NCBI GenBank assembly: GCA_963825995.1
Contig: CAWGVH010000004.1
Span: 182,483-246,482 of the forward strand
Source: an uncultured Chloroflexia bacterium
GTDB taxonomy: Bacteria; Chloroflexota; Limnocylindria; Limnocylindrales; CSP1-4
DNA length: 64,000 nucleotides
Direction: 5' to 3'
The notes under the pieces were generated by a model. That model was not told the origin of the DNA, did no database searches, and saw only the letters and a program-made list of their open reading frames with translations. Shown one piece after another: positions 37,133-44,948 of this stretch. How positions within the stretch are numbered: the stretch's first letter is position 1; every line of letters begins with the position of its first letter. The position numbers and the translations under genes were made by a program.

Positions 37133-38236
37133 GTGATCGGTCTGTTCGCCGAGATCGCTGACGCCTGCGACCTGTCCCTCCCCGAGCGCTACCTGCGACC
37201 CATCGGGCTCGTCGGCTCGGGTGCCATCCTCGACGTCGGACATCTCCCCGTGTACCGGGCCGCGGGCATCCCCGTGCCCGCCATCTGGGCCCGCCATCGC
37301 AGCCACGCCGAGCGGCTGGCGCAGAGCCACGGCATCCCGCGCGTCTACGAGAGCCTCGACGGACTGCTGGCCGATCCCGACGTGGCCGTGGTCGACATCG
37401 CGGTCGTGCCGGAGGCGCAGGTGGAGATCGCGCTGCAGGCCCTGGACGCCGGCAAGGACGTGATGTGCCAGAAGCCCCTGGCCCTGACCGCGGACGAGGC
37501 CGCGCGGATCGTGGAGCGGGCGGAGGCGCGCGGCCGCAAGGTGGCCGTCCAGCAGCAGATGCGCTACGAGGAGGGCATGCTGGCCGCCCGCGCCATGATC
37601 GCGCGGGGCTGGATCGGTGAGGTCACGGCCATCTCCTTCGAGGTCAACATCGACACGAACCTGGCCGGCTGGGGCTGGCTGGGCACGGTGCCCAAGCTGG
37701 AGATCTACTTCCACTCGATCCACTACATCGACACGCTGCGGGCGTTCCTCGGAGAGCCCTCGGCGGTGTTCGGGACGCAGTGGCGTCTGCCCGGTCAGAA
37801 GCCTGTGGGCGAGACGCGGACGGTCAGCGTCCTGCTCTACCCCGGCGATGTCCGTGGCATCGTCCACTCCAACCAGGAGAACGTCGCCGGCGACAATGAG
37901 GCCCGCTTCCGCATCGATGGGTCGGAGGGCTCGATGAGGGGCACCCTGGGACTGCTATCGGACTACCCGCGGGGTCGGCCGGACACCCTGGAGCTGTGGA
38001 GCAGGGTCCTGCCGACGGACGGCTGGCTGCCGTACCCGGTCACCCGACGCTGGGTCCCCGATGCCTTCCTGGGCCCGGTCGGCTCGCTGCTGCGCGCCAT
38101 GAAGGACGGCGGCGAGCCCGAGTCGAGCGCCCGCGACAACCTGCGGACCCTGCGACTCGTGGAGGCACTCTACCGGTCAGGTGAGACCGGACAGGTCATC
38201 AGGATCGAGCCGGACGGCACTGATGAGCGGGTCTGA
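37133..38236 (+). CDS. Gfo/Idh/MocA-family dehydrogenase
   Basis: LRPIGLVGSGAILDVGHLPVY, VMCQKPLALT. GTG at 37133 preceded by GGGGA. The track start at ATG 37082 overlaps the -10-like TATACA and adds an Arg/Gly-rich leader, so it is less likely. Confidence 0.8.
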   Translation: MIGLFAEIADACDLSLPERYLRPIGLVGSGAILDVGHLPVYRAAGIPVPAIWARHRSHAERLAQSHGIPRVYESLDGLLADPDVAVVDIAVVPEAQVEIALQALDAGKDVMCQKPLALTADEAARIVERAEARGRKVAVQQQMRYEEGMLAARAMIARGWIGEVTAISFEVNIDTNLAGWGWLGTVPKLEIYFHSIHYIDTLRAFLGEPSAVFGTQWRLPGQKPVGETRTVSVLLYPGDVRGIVHSNQENVAGDNEARFRIDGSEGSMRGTLGLLSDYPRGRPDTLELWSRVLPTDGWLPYPVTRRWVPDAFLGPVGSLLRAMKDGGEPESSARDNLRTLRLVEALYRSGETGQVIRIEPDGTDERV

Positions 38237-38244
38237 GCCGCTCG

Positions 38245-38931
38245 ATGCTCCGGCGAACAGCGACGAACGGGGAGGTCCAGGACGTGGCGGACGTGCACCC
38301 ACTGACGAAGGCCATCATCGATGGCGACAAGGTCCAGGCGGACGCCCTGACCCGGCAGTGCCTGGCCGATGGCGAGGAGCCGGGCTGGATCATCGAGAAC
38401 CGCCTGGTGCCGGGCATGGCCGTCGTTGGCGAGCGTTTCAAGTGCGACGAGATCTTCGTGCCGGAGATGCTCATCTCGGCCAACGCCATGAAGGCCGCCC
38501 TGGCCATCCTGGAGCCGCTGCTGGCCGCCAGCGGGGCCAAGCCGGCCCACACCGCCATCATCGGCACGGTGGAGGGGGACCTCCACGACATCGGCAAGAA
38601 CCTCGTGGCCATGATGTGGAAGGGCGCCAACATCGAGGTCATCGACCTGGGCGTCAACGTCAGTCCGGCGGCCTTCGTGAGCGCCGTTGAGACCCACAAG
38701 CCGCAGATCGTCGGCATGTCCGCCCTGCTCACCACGACCATGCCGCGCATGCGCAACGCGGTCGCTGCCGTCAAGGCCAGCGGCATCCCCACCAAGGTCG
38801 TCATCGGCGGCGCCCCGGTCACGGCGGAGTTCGCAGCCGAGGTGGAGGCTGACGGCTTCGCGCCTGACGCCGCCACTGCCGTGGACATCGTGCGAGACCT
38901 CCTCGCCGCCGCCCCCTCGCACTTGGAGTGA
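38245..38931 (+). CDS. corrinoid (cobalamin-binding) methyl-carrier protein, MtaC/MtbC/MttC type
   Basis: Cap domain (LTKAIIDGD...FVPEMLISANAMKAAL) plus B12 Rossmann domain with DxHxxG (GDLHDIGKN), SALLTTT and VVIGGAP. The likelier start is the GTG at 38284 behind GGGGAGG-N8. Confidence 0.85.
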   Translation: MLRRTATNGEVQDVADVHPLTKAIIDGDKVQADALTRQCLADGEEPGWIIENRLVPGMAVVGERFKCDEIFVPEMLISANAMKAALAILEPLLAASGAKPAHTAIIGTVEGDLHDIGKNLVAMMWKGANIEVIDLGVNVSPAAFVSAVETHKPQIVGMSALLTTTMPRMRNAVAAVKASGIPTKVVIGGAPVTAEFAAEVEADGFAPDAATAVDIVRDLLAAAPSHLE

Positions 38932-39014
38932 CCACCCCATGAGCATGTTCAGCACCTACGGGACATCGGCGCTCCAGCGAGCGTAAGCCCGGCACTCTGG
39001 CGAAGCTTGAGCGG

Positions 39015-40127
39015 ATGCGCAAGACCTTCCGGCACGAGGAGGCCGACCGGGTCCCCATCAGCGACTTCTTCTGGGGCCAGTTCCGAGATCGCTGGCGCAG
39101 GGAGCTGGGCCTGCCCGCCGACGCCGACCCCTACTACCACTACGACCTCGACTTCATCGTCACGGTCCCCAACATGGACCCCCACATCCGGGCCTTCGAG
39201 ACGATCCGCGAGGACGATGAGGAGGTGGTCGTCAAGACCGGCTTCGAGACGACCATCCGCAAGCGCTTCGACCTGCCCATGCCTGAGCAGGTCAGCTGGG
39301 AGACGGACAGCATCGAGAAGATGGAGGCCTTCGAGTTCGACGACCCGGCAGATCGGCGCCGCTACTTCGAGGCGGGCGACAACCAGATCGCCGGGGTCGG
39401 TGACGGCTTCGAGCGCAACAGCCCGCCGTGGGTCGAGACGGTCAGATCGCTGCACCCTGACTTCCCGGTCTACGGCAGCATCACCGAGACGGGCGAGATC
39501 ACCACCCGCCTGCTGGGCCAGCTCAACACGCTGACCTGGATCGGCGAGTACCCGGAGCGCTTCGGGGAGCAGCTGCTGCGCATCGGCGAGTTCAGCTACC
39601 AGGTCGCCAAGGCCCAGATCGAGGCCGCCGACGGCCTGCTGGACGGCATGGTCATCTGGGGTGACGTGGCCTACCGCAAGGGCCTCTTCATGGGCCCGAC
39701 CTACTGGCGCAAGTACTTCAAGCCGACCGTGGCGCGCATCATCGAGCTCAGCCACTCGCATGGCCTGCCCGTCATCTACCACGGCTGCGGCAACGCCAAC
39801 AGCTACTTCGAGGACATGATCGAGATCGGCCTCGACGGCTACAACCCGCTGGAGGCGAAGGCTGACCTGGACGTCGTGGAGCTACGCCAGCGGCTGGGCC
39901 ACCGGCTCACCTTCTGCGGCAACAGCGACATCCGCGTCTGGGAGCGTGGGGACCCCGACGAGGTGCGCCGGGAGGTCCTCCATCGGCTCCGGGCCGCCGA
40001 GGGCGGCGGCTACATCTTCATGTCCGACCACTCGGTCGCCAGCGACGTCTCAGGCCAGACCTACGACGACATCGTCAAGCTCGTCCGCGAGTACGGCCAG
40101 TACCCGTTGGCGCTGCCTGCGGAGTAG
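39015..40127 (+). CDS. URO-D-family (MtaA/CmuA-like) methyltransferase
   Basis: 370 aa. N-terminal EEADRVPISDFFW, HxC motif VIYHGCGN, later LTFCGNSD and GGGYIFMSDHSV. Confidence 0.75.
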   Translation: MRKTFRHEEADRVPISDFFWGQFRDRWRRELGLPADADPYYHYDLDFIVTVPNMDPHIRAFETIREDDEEVVVKTGFETTIRKRFDLPMPEQVSWETDSIEKMEAFEFDDPADRRRYFEAGDNQIAGVGDGFERNSPPWVETVRSLHPDFPVYGSITETGEITTRLLGQLNTLTWIGEYPERFGEQLLRIGEFSYQVAKAQIEAADGLLDGMVIWGDVAYRKGLFMGPTYWRKYFKPTVARIIELSHSHGLPVIYHGCGNANSYFEDMIEIGLDGYNPLEAKADLDVVELRQRLGHRLTFCGNSDIRVWERGDPDEVRREVLHRLRAAEGGGYIFMSDHSVASDVSGQTYDDIVKLVREYGQYPLALPAE

Positions 40128-40132
40128 GCCTC

Positions 40133-41386
40133 ATGTCCAGCGCGTCCATGAGCGCCCGTGAGCGGGTGCTGGCTTCGGTCGAGCACCGCGAACCGGATCG
40201 CCTGGCGGTCGACCTGGGCTCAACGCCCAGCTCCGGCATCTCCGCGGGCGCGCACGCCAACCTCGTGCGGCACCTGGGCCTGCACGATCAACGGACCCGC
40301 GTCTACGACGTCGTCCAGCAGCTGGCACAGCCCTCGGACGAGCTGCTCGACCGGCTGCGCATCGATGCCGTGGACATCGGCCGCACCTTCAACGCCGCAG
40401 ACGCGGACTGGCATCCCATGACGCTGCCCAGCGGCGTGGAGGTCGAGGTGCCGGCCTGGTTCCGACCCGTCCAGCAACCGGACGGCACCTGGGATGCCTT
40501 CACCGCTGACGGGCTGCGCATCGCCAGCATGCCGCTGGGAGCCGCCTTCTTCGACCAGACCTACTTCCCCTACCTGGACGGCTACCCGGACGACTTCGGG
40601 GCGCTCGCCTCGGTCATGCCCACGGTCCTCTGGTCCGGCCTCGTGCACAGTCCCTGGGACCACGCAGGTGAGGCCGATTTCTGGGCGCAGCTGCGCGAGC
40701 GGACGTCGGCGCTGCGAGCCTCGACCGACCGGGCGCTCATGGTCGTGGTCGGCTGCAATCTCTTCGAGTGGGGCACCTTCCTGCGGCGCATCGACAACTT
40801 CCTCATGGACCTGGCCCTCGACCCCGCCAACGTCGAGCGCCTGCTCGACGCCCTCATGGAGATCCACCTGGCGACCCTGGACAAGGTGCTGGCCAGCGTG
40901 GGCGACCTCGTCGATGTCATCCGCTTCGGCGACGACCTGGGCATGGACGCAGGACCCCTCATGTCGCCCGACACATACCGACACTTCTTCAAGCCGCGCC
41001 ACGCGGCGCTCAACGCCTACGTCCACGAGCGCAGCCATCTCAAGACGTTCCTGCACTCCTGCGGCTCGGTCTACGAGCTCCTGCCCGACCTCATCGAGGC
41101 CGGAGTCGACATCCTCAACCCCGTCCAGATCTCCGCGAAGGACATGGAGCCCGAACGGCTCAAGCGCGACTTCGGCGCAGACATCACCTTCTGGGGCGGC
41201 GGCGCAGACACGCGCCAGGTCCTGCCCCGGGGGACGCCGGAGGAGGTCAAGGATCACGTGAAGCGCAACATCGAGACGTTCGCGCCAGGGGGCGGCTTCG
41301 TCTTCGTGCCTGCTCACAACATGCTCCCCGACGTGCCCCCGGAGAACATCGTGGCCATGTTCGAGGCCGTGGACGAGTACCGCTGA
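40133..41386 (+). CDS. URO-D-family (MtaA/CmuA-like) methyltransferase, second copy
   Basis: 417 aa, starts 5 nt after the previous gene. SARERVLASVEHREPDRLAVDLG, HxC motif FLHSCGS, C-terminal GGFVFVPAHNMLPDVPPENIVAMFEAV. Confidence 0.75.
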   Translation: MSSASMSARERVLASVEHREPDRLAVDLGSTPSSGISAGAHANLVRHLGLHDQRTRVYDVVQQLAQPSDELLDRLRIDAVDIGRTFNAADADWHPMTLPSGVEVEVPAWFRPVQQPDGTWDAFTADGLRIASMPLGAAFFDQTYFPYLDGYPDDFGALASVMPTVLWSGLVHSPWDHAGEADFWAQLRERTSALRASTDRALMVVVGCNLFEWGTFLRRIDNFLMDLALDPANVERLLDALMEIHLATLDKVLASVGDLVDVIRFGDDLGMDAGPLMSPDTYRHFFKPRHAALNAYVHERSHLKTFLHSCGSVYELLPDLIEAGVDILNPVQISAKDMEPERLKRDFGADITFWGGGADTRQVLPRGTPEEVKDHVKRNIETFAPGGGFVFVPAHNMLPDVPPENIVAMFEAVDEYR

Positions 41387-41599
41387 CAGCGGACCCGCAG
41401 GGCCAGGTTGGACCTTCGACTACCTCACCGCCTGGCGGGGCATGGACTGGTCCCTCGACGGCACCCTGGTGCGCGACAACAGCGCCCAGCCCCTCTGGTT
41501 CCTGCGCCACGGAGAGACCGTCCGGATCGAGCGCGGACAGGCGATGAGATTGGACAGCCAGTGAAGTGCATCCACGACGCGACCGTCGGCGGAGCCAGG

Positions 41600-42031
41600 T
41601 CAGCGCCGGGGCGGTCTGCTCCAGTCCAGGCCTTCGAAGCGTGCGAAGTCCGTGTCGAATGAGACGAGCGTGGCAGCGTGCTCCACGGCGAGCGCTGCCA
41701 GGTGGGCATCGTTCACGAGGTTGCCGGCTGTGCCTGCCGTCGCCAGCAGCCCGCCGAGCACACTCAGGTGGCGTGAGGTCGGCTCGACGACCGCGGCCGT
41801 CGGCTGCGCCAGCCAGGAGCGCACGACCGCCAGCGCCGCGTCCGGCGCGAGCGGCTGACCGAAGACCGCAGGGTGCGTGCTCACGCGGAGGAAGGCGAGC
41901 AGCACCGCCCAGGCGAAGCCGATCGTCTCGGGACCAGCCAGGGCCGCGTCCAGCCAGGTCCGGGCTGGGCGGTGCTCAGGCGAGTCGCGGTTGACGGCGT
42001 GGAGCAGGACGTTGGCGTCCACGATGAACAT
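41600..42031 (-). CDS. vapC: type II toxin, PIN-domain VapC
   Basis: MFIVDANVLL..., NDAHLAALAV, SFDTDF acidic PIN residues. Starts 9 nt after the antitoxin gene. Confidence 0.8.
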   Translation of the reverse strand: MFIVDANVLLHAVNRDSPEHRPARTWLDAALAGPETIGFAWAVLLAFLRVSTHPAVFGQPLAPDAALAVVRSWLAQPTAAVVEPTSRHLSVLGGLLATAGTAGNLVNDAHLAALAVEHAATLVSFDTDFARFEGLDWSRPPRR

Positions 42032-42040
42032 GGCAGTGGC

Positions 42041-42295
42041 CTACTTCCGCACGGCCAGCTTGCGGATGATCTCCTCGTCCTCGAGCTCGGCGGCGAGGCG
42101 CAGGGCCTTGTCGATGGGGGTCCTCGGCGGGCCCATCGAGAACGTCGTCGTGCGGAAGGCGGGACCGCTGGACCTGGCCGTGAGGCCCTGGCGGAGGGCC
42201 TCGTTGACCGCCTGCTTGAAGGTCAGCCCACGCTCGCGCATGAGTCTCCGGACGGCGGCGTCATTGTCCGGGTCCAGGGTGACGGTCGTCCGCAT
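42041..42295 (-). CDS. vapB: type II antitoxin (VapB-like, RHH-type)
   Basis: 84 aa, MRTTVTLDPDNDAAVRRLMRERGLTFKQAVNEALRQGL. Immediately upstream of vapC. Confidence 0.7.
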   Translation of the reverse strand: MRTTVTLDPDNDAAVRRLMRERGLTFKQAVNEALRQGLTARSSGPAFRTTTFSMGPPRTPIDKALRLAAELEDEEIIRKLAVRK

Positions 42296-42356
42296 GCCTG
42301 CATCGTATCATCGCGTCACGCTGCATCAGGGCATCATCTCAGAACGCCGCCGGACA

Positions 42357-43643
42357 TCACATGTCGAAGACGGACCTCGCGAGTTCGACCCAGCGGGCGA
42401 GCCTGGTGCGGTCGCCGCCGACGTCGTAGACGTCCCGGAAGAGCAGCTCGACGTTGCCGTCGCGAGTGGCCTCGTTGGTGCGTCGCAGGTCCGCCTCGGC
42501 GCGCTCCCAGTGCGGGGTCGGGCCGCTGATGGGCACCGGGTCGGGCTTGCGCGAGTAGACGTAGTCGCGGCCGAGCATCTCCGCCACGCGCTCGAAGTCG
42601 GCCCAGGGCGAGACCGAGACGGAACGCAGGTTGGGCATGGCCGCCATGATCATCTCGAGCCGGTCATGGACGGGCTCACAGCAGCCGTAGTAGACGAGGC
42701 CGAAGGGGCGGGTGGCCCTGGCGAGGTAGGGCAGGAAGAAGTCACGGAACATGGCCGGCGACATCATGGTCGTCTCCTGCGACTCGGCCCAGCACCACAG
42801 GTCCGTGAGCCGCGCCGGGCCAGCCGTATCCGGGTCGGGCAGGTCTGACACGTAGCCGTAGGCACGCGGACCAGCCAGCTGGTTGTCGGTGTTGGGCGCG
42901 ATCAGACCCTCCGACTCGACGAAGTCGAACATGCGCTCGCGGTCGCTGACCATGTACTCCATGAGGGCGTGGATGGTCTCCGGCGACTCGTAGACCCAGG
43001 ACAGCAGCCCGTCGTTGCCGATGAAGCGGTAGATCTGCCAGGTCAGGCCGATGAAGTAGTTGCCGGCCCAGCTCTCCGCGCCCGACTCGACCATGAAGTG
43101 GTCGTAGTTGCCGACGCGGAGAGGCAGCAGGTCGCCGAAGGCGTCCTCGAGCAGGTGCTGGCGGGCCAGCGTGCCCTCGCGGTCGACCGAGAAGGTGCGC
43201 GGCTGCAGCAGGCCCACGTCCTCCGGCCGCTTGATGGGAAAGTCGAACGTATAGCCCAGCGGGATCTCGTCGTCGCCGACTTCGGCCGGCACCTGCACGA
43301 CGTTCACGCCCCAGGTGGAGGTCAACAGGTCCCAGCCGATGCGGTAGTAGGGCTCCAAGACGATGTCGTCGCCCACCTCGTCGACGTGGCGGATATGCTC
43401 GCGCATGGTGGCTTCCACGGCGCGCAGGACGGGATGCTCACAGCGCAGCTCTTGGGGGGCCACGTACTCGTGAACGGTGGCCGGCTCGACGAGGATCATG
43501 GGTCGCTCGGGCCGCAGGTCGTGGAGCGCGCGCCACTGGCGCTTGCGCTCGGCCATGACGGGCAGGGCGGCGACCTCCGCCCATCGCGCCGCCAGCCCGC
43601 GGATGGCCTCTCGGTCGGCGGCGGTCGGGGTGGTGTGGGTCAT
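42357..43643 (-). CDS. uncharacterised ~430-aa protein, YYGCCEP-motif family, paralog of 23435..24736
   Basis: 428 aa. Shared blocks LPVMAERKRQWRALHDLRPERPM, YYGCCEP, PNLRSVSVSPWAD, DYVYSRKPDP. Confidence 0.6.
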   Translation of the reverse strand: MTHTTPTAADREAIRGLAARWAEVAALPVMAERKRQWRALHDLRPERPMILVEPATVHEYVAPQELRCEHPVLRAVEATMREHIRHVDEVGDDIVLEPYYRIGWDLLTSTWGVNVVQVPAEVGDDEIPLGYTFDFPIKRPEDVGLLQPRTFSVDREGTLARQHLLEDAFGDLLPLRVGNYDHFMVESGAESWAGNYFIGLTWQIYRFIGNDGLLSWVYESPETIHALMEYMVSDRERMFDFVESEGLIAPNTDNQLAGPRAYGYVSDLPDPDTAGPARLTDLWCWAESQETTMMSPAMFRDFFLPYLARATRPFGLVYYGCCEPVHDRLEMIMAAMPNLRSVSVSPWADFERVAEMLGRDYVYSRKPDPVPISGPTPHWERAEADLRRTNEATRDGNVELLFRDVYDVGGDRTRLARWVELARSVFDM

Positions 43644-43671
43644 GGATCGATGCTACGCCCACCCGATCGGC

Positions 43672-43740
43672 CGGGAGGCGTTCCCTCCACATGATGGCCG
43701 AGAGGCAGTCCCTCCACCTGGTGGCCGCGAGGCTCGACAT
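43672..43740. repeat. 27-bp tandem direct repeat (2 full units plus a partial third) in a divergent intergenic region
   Basis: Unit 1 is CGGGAGGCGTTCCCTCCACATGATGGC and unit 2 is CGAGAGGCAGTCCCTCCACCTGGTGGC (22/27 identical). A partial CGCGAGGCTCGACAT follows. Each unit contains GGAGG..CCTCC self-complementarity. Confidence 0.5.
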
Positions 43741-43757
43741 GCTACGTTCGGGCCGAC

Positions 43758-44735
43758 ATGCGAGCCCAGCGACCAGCCATCGCCGCTGGCCCAGACACCT
43801 CCGACGCGGCCCAGCCAGTCAGCCGCACCGTCGTCGTGCGCGCCGGGGAGCATCTGGCGCTGAACGTCGTGGCGTGGGCGCCGGTCTCGAGGGAGATCCC
43901 CGTGGCACCGGCTTTCGTGCTGGTGCACGGACTGGCCTCCAACGCCCGCACCTGGGACGGGGTCGCAGCCGAGCTCGCCCGCCGCGGCCATGCCGCCTAT
44001 GCGGTCGACCTGCGGGGTCACGGGCGCTCGGACAAGCCGTCCGGCGGGTACGACGTGGCCACGGTGGCGGAGGATGTCTGCCGCCTTCTGGACGGCCTCG
44101 TGCAGTCCTTCGGGATCGGGCGCCCGGTGCTGGCCGGGCAGTCATGGGGCGGCAACGTCGTGCTGGAGGCGGCGACCCGCTGCCCGGATGGCGTCCTGGC
44201 CGTGGTCGGCGTCGATGGCGGGACCATCCACCTGGCAGAGGAGTTCCCCGAGTGGTCGCAGTGCGCGGCCGTACTCGCGCCGCCGCCCATCGCGGGGATG
44301 TCTGCCGCCGACTTCGAACGCTGGCTGCGGAGCGCCCACCCTGACTGGCCGGAGTCGGGTATCCGGGGGACCCTGGCCAACATGGAGCTGCGGCCTGACG
44401 GAACCGTCGCGCCATGGCTGACGCGCGACCGCCACATGGCCATCCTGCGAGGGCTGTGGGAACACGACCCAGGCGCGACCTACGGGCGGCTCTCGGTCCC
44501 CGTGCTGCTCGTCTCTGCGCGCAACGACCGCGACGACCACGCTCGTGCGGTGACCCGTGAGCACCGCGTGACAGCTGCCGTCGCGGAGATGCGGCACGGC
44601 GCAGCCCGCTGGTTCGACGGCGCCGACCACGACATCCACGCGCAGCGCCCAGTCGAGCTCGCGTCGAGCCTGCTGGACCTCGCGGCCAGCCTGCCCCCGG
44701 CCGCTTCGGCCGCCACGTCCGGGGCGGAGGCGTGA
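43758..44735 (+). CDS. alpha/beta-fold hydrolase
   Basis: FVLVHGLASN oxyanion region, nucleophile elbow GQSWGG, C-terminal DHDIH. Confidence 0.8.
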   Translation: MRAQRPAIAAGPDTSDAAQPVSRTVVVRAGEHLALNVVAWAPVSREIPVAPAFVLVHGLASNARTWDGVAAELARRGHAAYAVDLRGHGRSDKPSGGYDVATVAEDVCRLLDGLVQSFGIGRPVLAGQSWGGNVVLEAATRCPDGVLAVVGVDGGTIHLAEEFPEWSQCAAVLAPPPIAGMSAADFERWLRSAHPDWPESGIRGTLANMELRPDGTVAPWLTRDRHMAILRGLWEHDPGATYGRLSVPVLLVSARNDRDDHARAVTREHRVTAAVAEMRHGAARWFDGADHDIHAQRPVELASSLLDLAASLPPAASAATSGAEA

Positions 44736-44763
44736 TCACCACGACCGATCACGACGACCATAT

Positions 44764-44773
44764 CAATCGATTG
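44764..44773. promoter_or_regulatory. AT-rich perfect palindrome CAATCGATTG upstream of cysE-cysK (operator candidate)
   Basis: Sits in the most AT-rich patch of this intergenic region (ccatatCAATCGATTGgac), ~170 nt upstream of cysE. The core AATCGATT fits the AANCGNTT type. Confidence 0.3.
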
Positions 44774-44903
44774 GACAGGCAGCCCTGGCTCGCGTAGCGT
44801 CAAACCTGCGGGGAGCCGGTCGCCCTGGTCCGGCGTGGCCAGGCCGGATGCGTTCGGCAGGGTCAGGCGGCCCGAAGACCGGACCGAAGGCAGGGAGGAC
44901 CCG

Positions 44904-44948
44904 ATGCTGACCGAGGGGGCACGACCCACCAGGGCCGACGCACCGTGA
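44904..44948 (+). other. 14-codon upstream ORF with strong SD whose TGA overlaps the cysE GTG start (GTGA)
   Basis: GGGAGGA-N4-ATG, then MLTEGARPTRADAP-TGA. The stop at 44946-44948 overlaps the GTG at 44945-44947. Either translational coupling or a frameshifted N-terminus. Confidence 0.3.

Noticed and set aside
24736-38245. Cobalamin riboswitch in front of the MetE-like, corrinoid or methyltransferase genes.
   Set aside because: The relevant upstream regions are too short (48 nt, 61 nt, 8 nt and about 75-125 nt), and I saw no B12-box-like sequence.
44736-44944. Possible riboswitch (SAM-type or other) in the ~210-nt structured GC-rich leader of cysE-cysK.
   Set aside because: I could not match conserved cores of SAM-I/II/IV or other riboswitch classes I know by eye. 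Only generic GC stems are visible. A covariance-model scan (Rfam/Infernal) would be needed, so it is not claimed.
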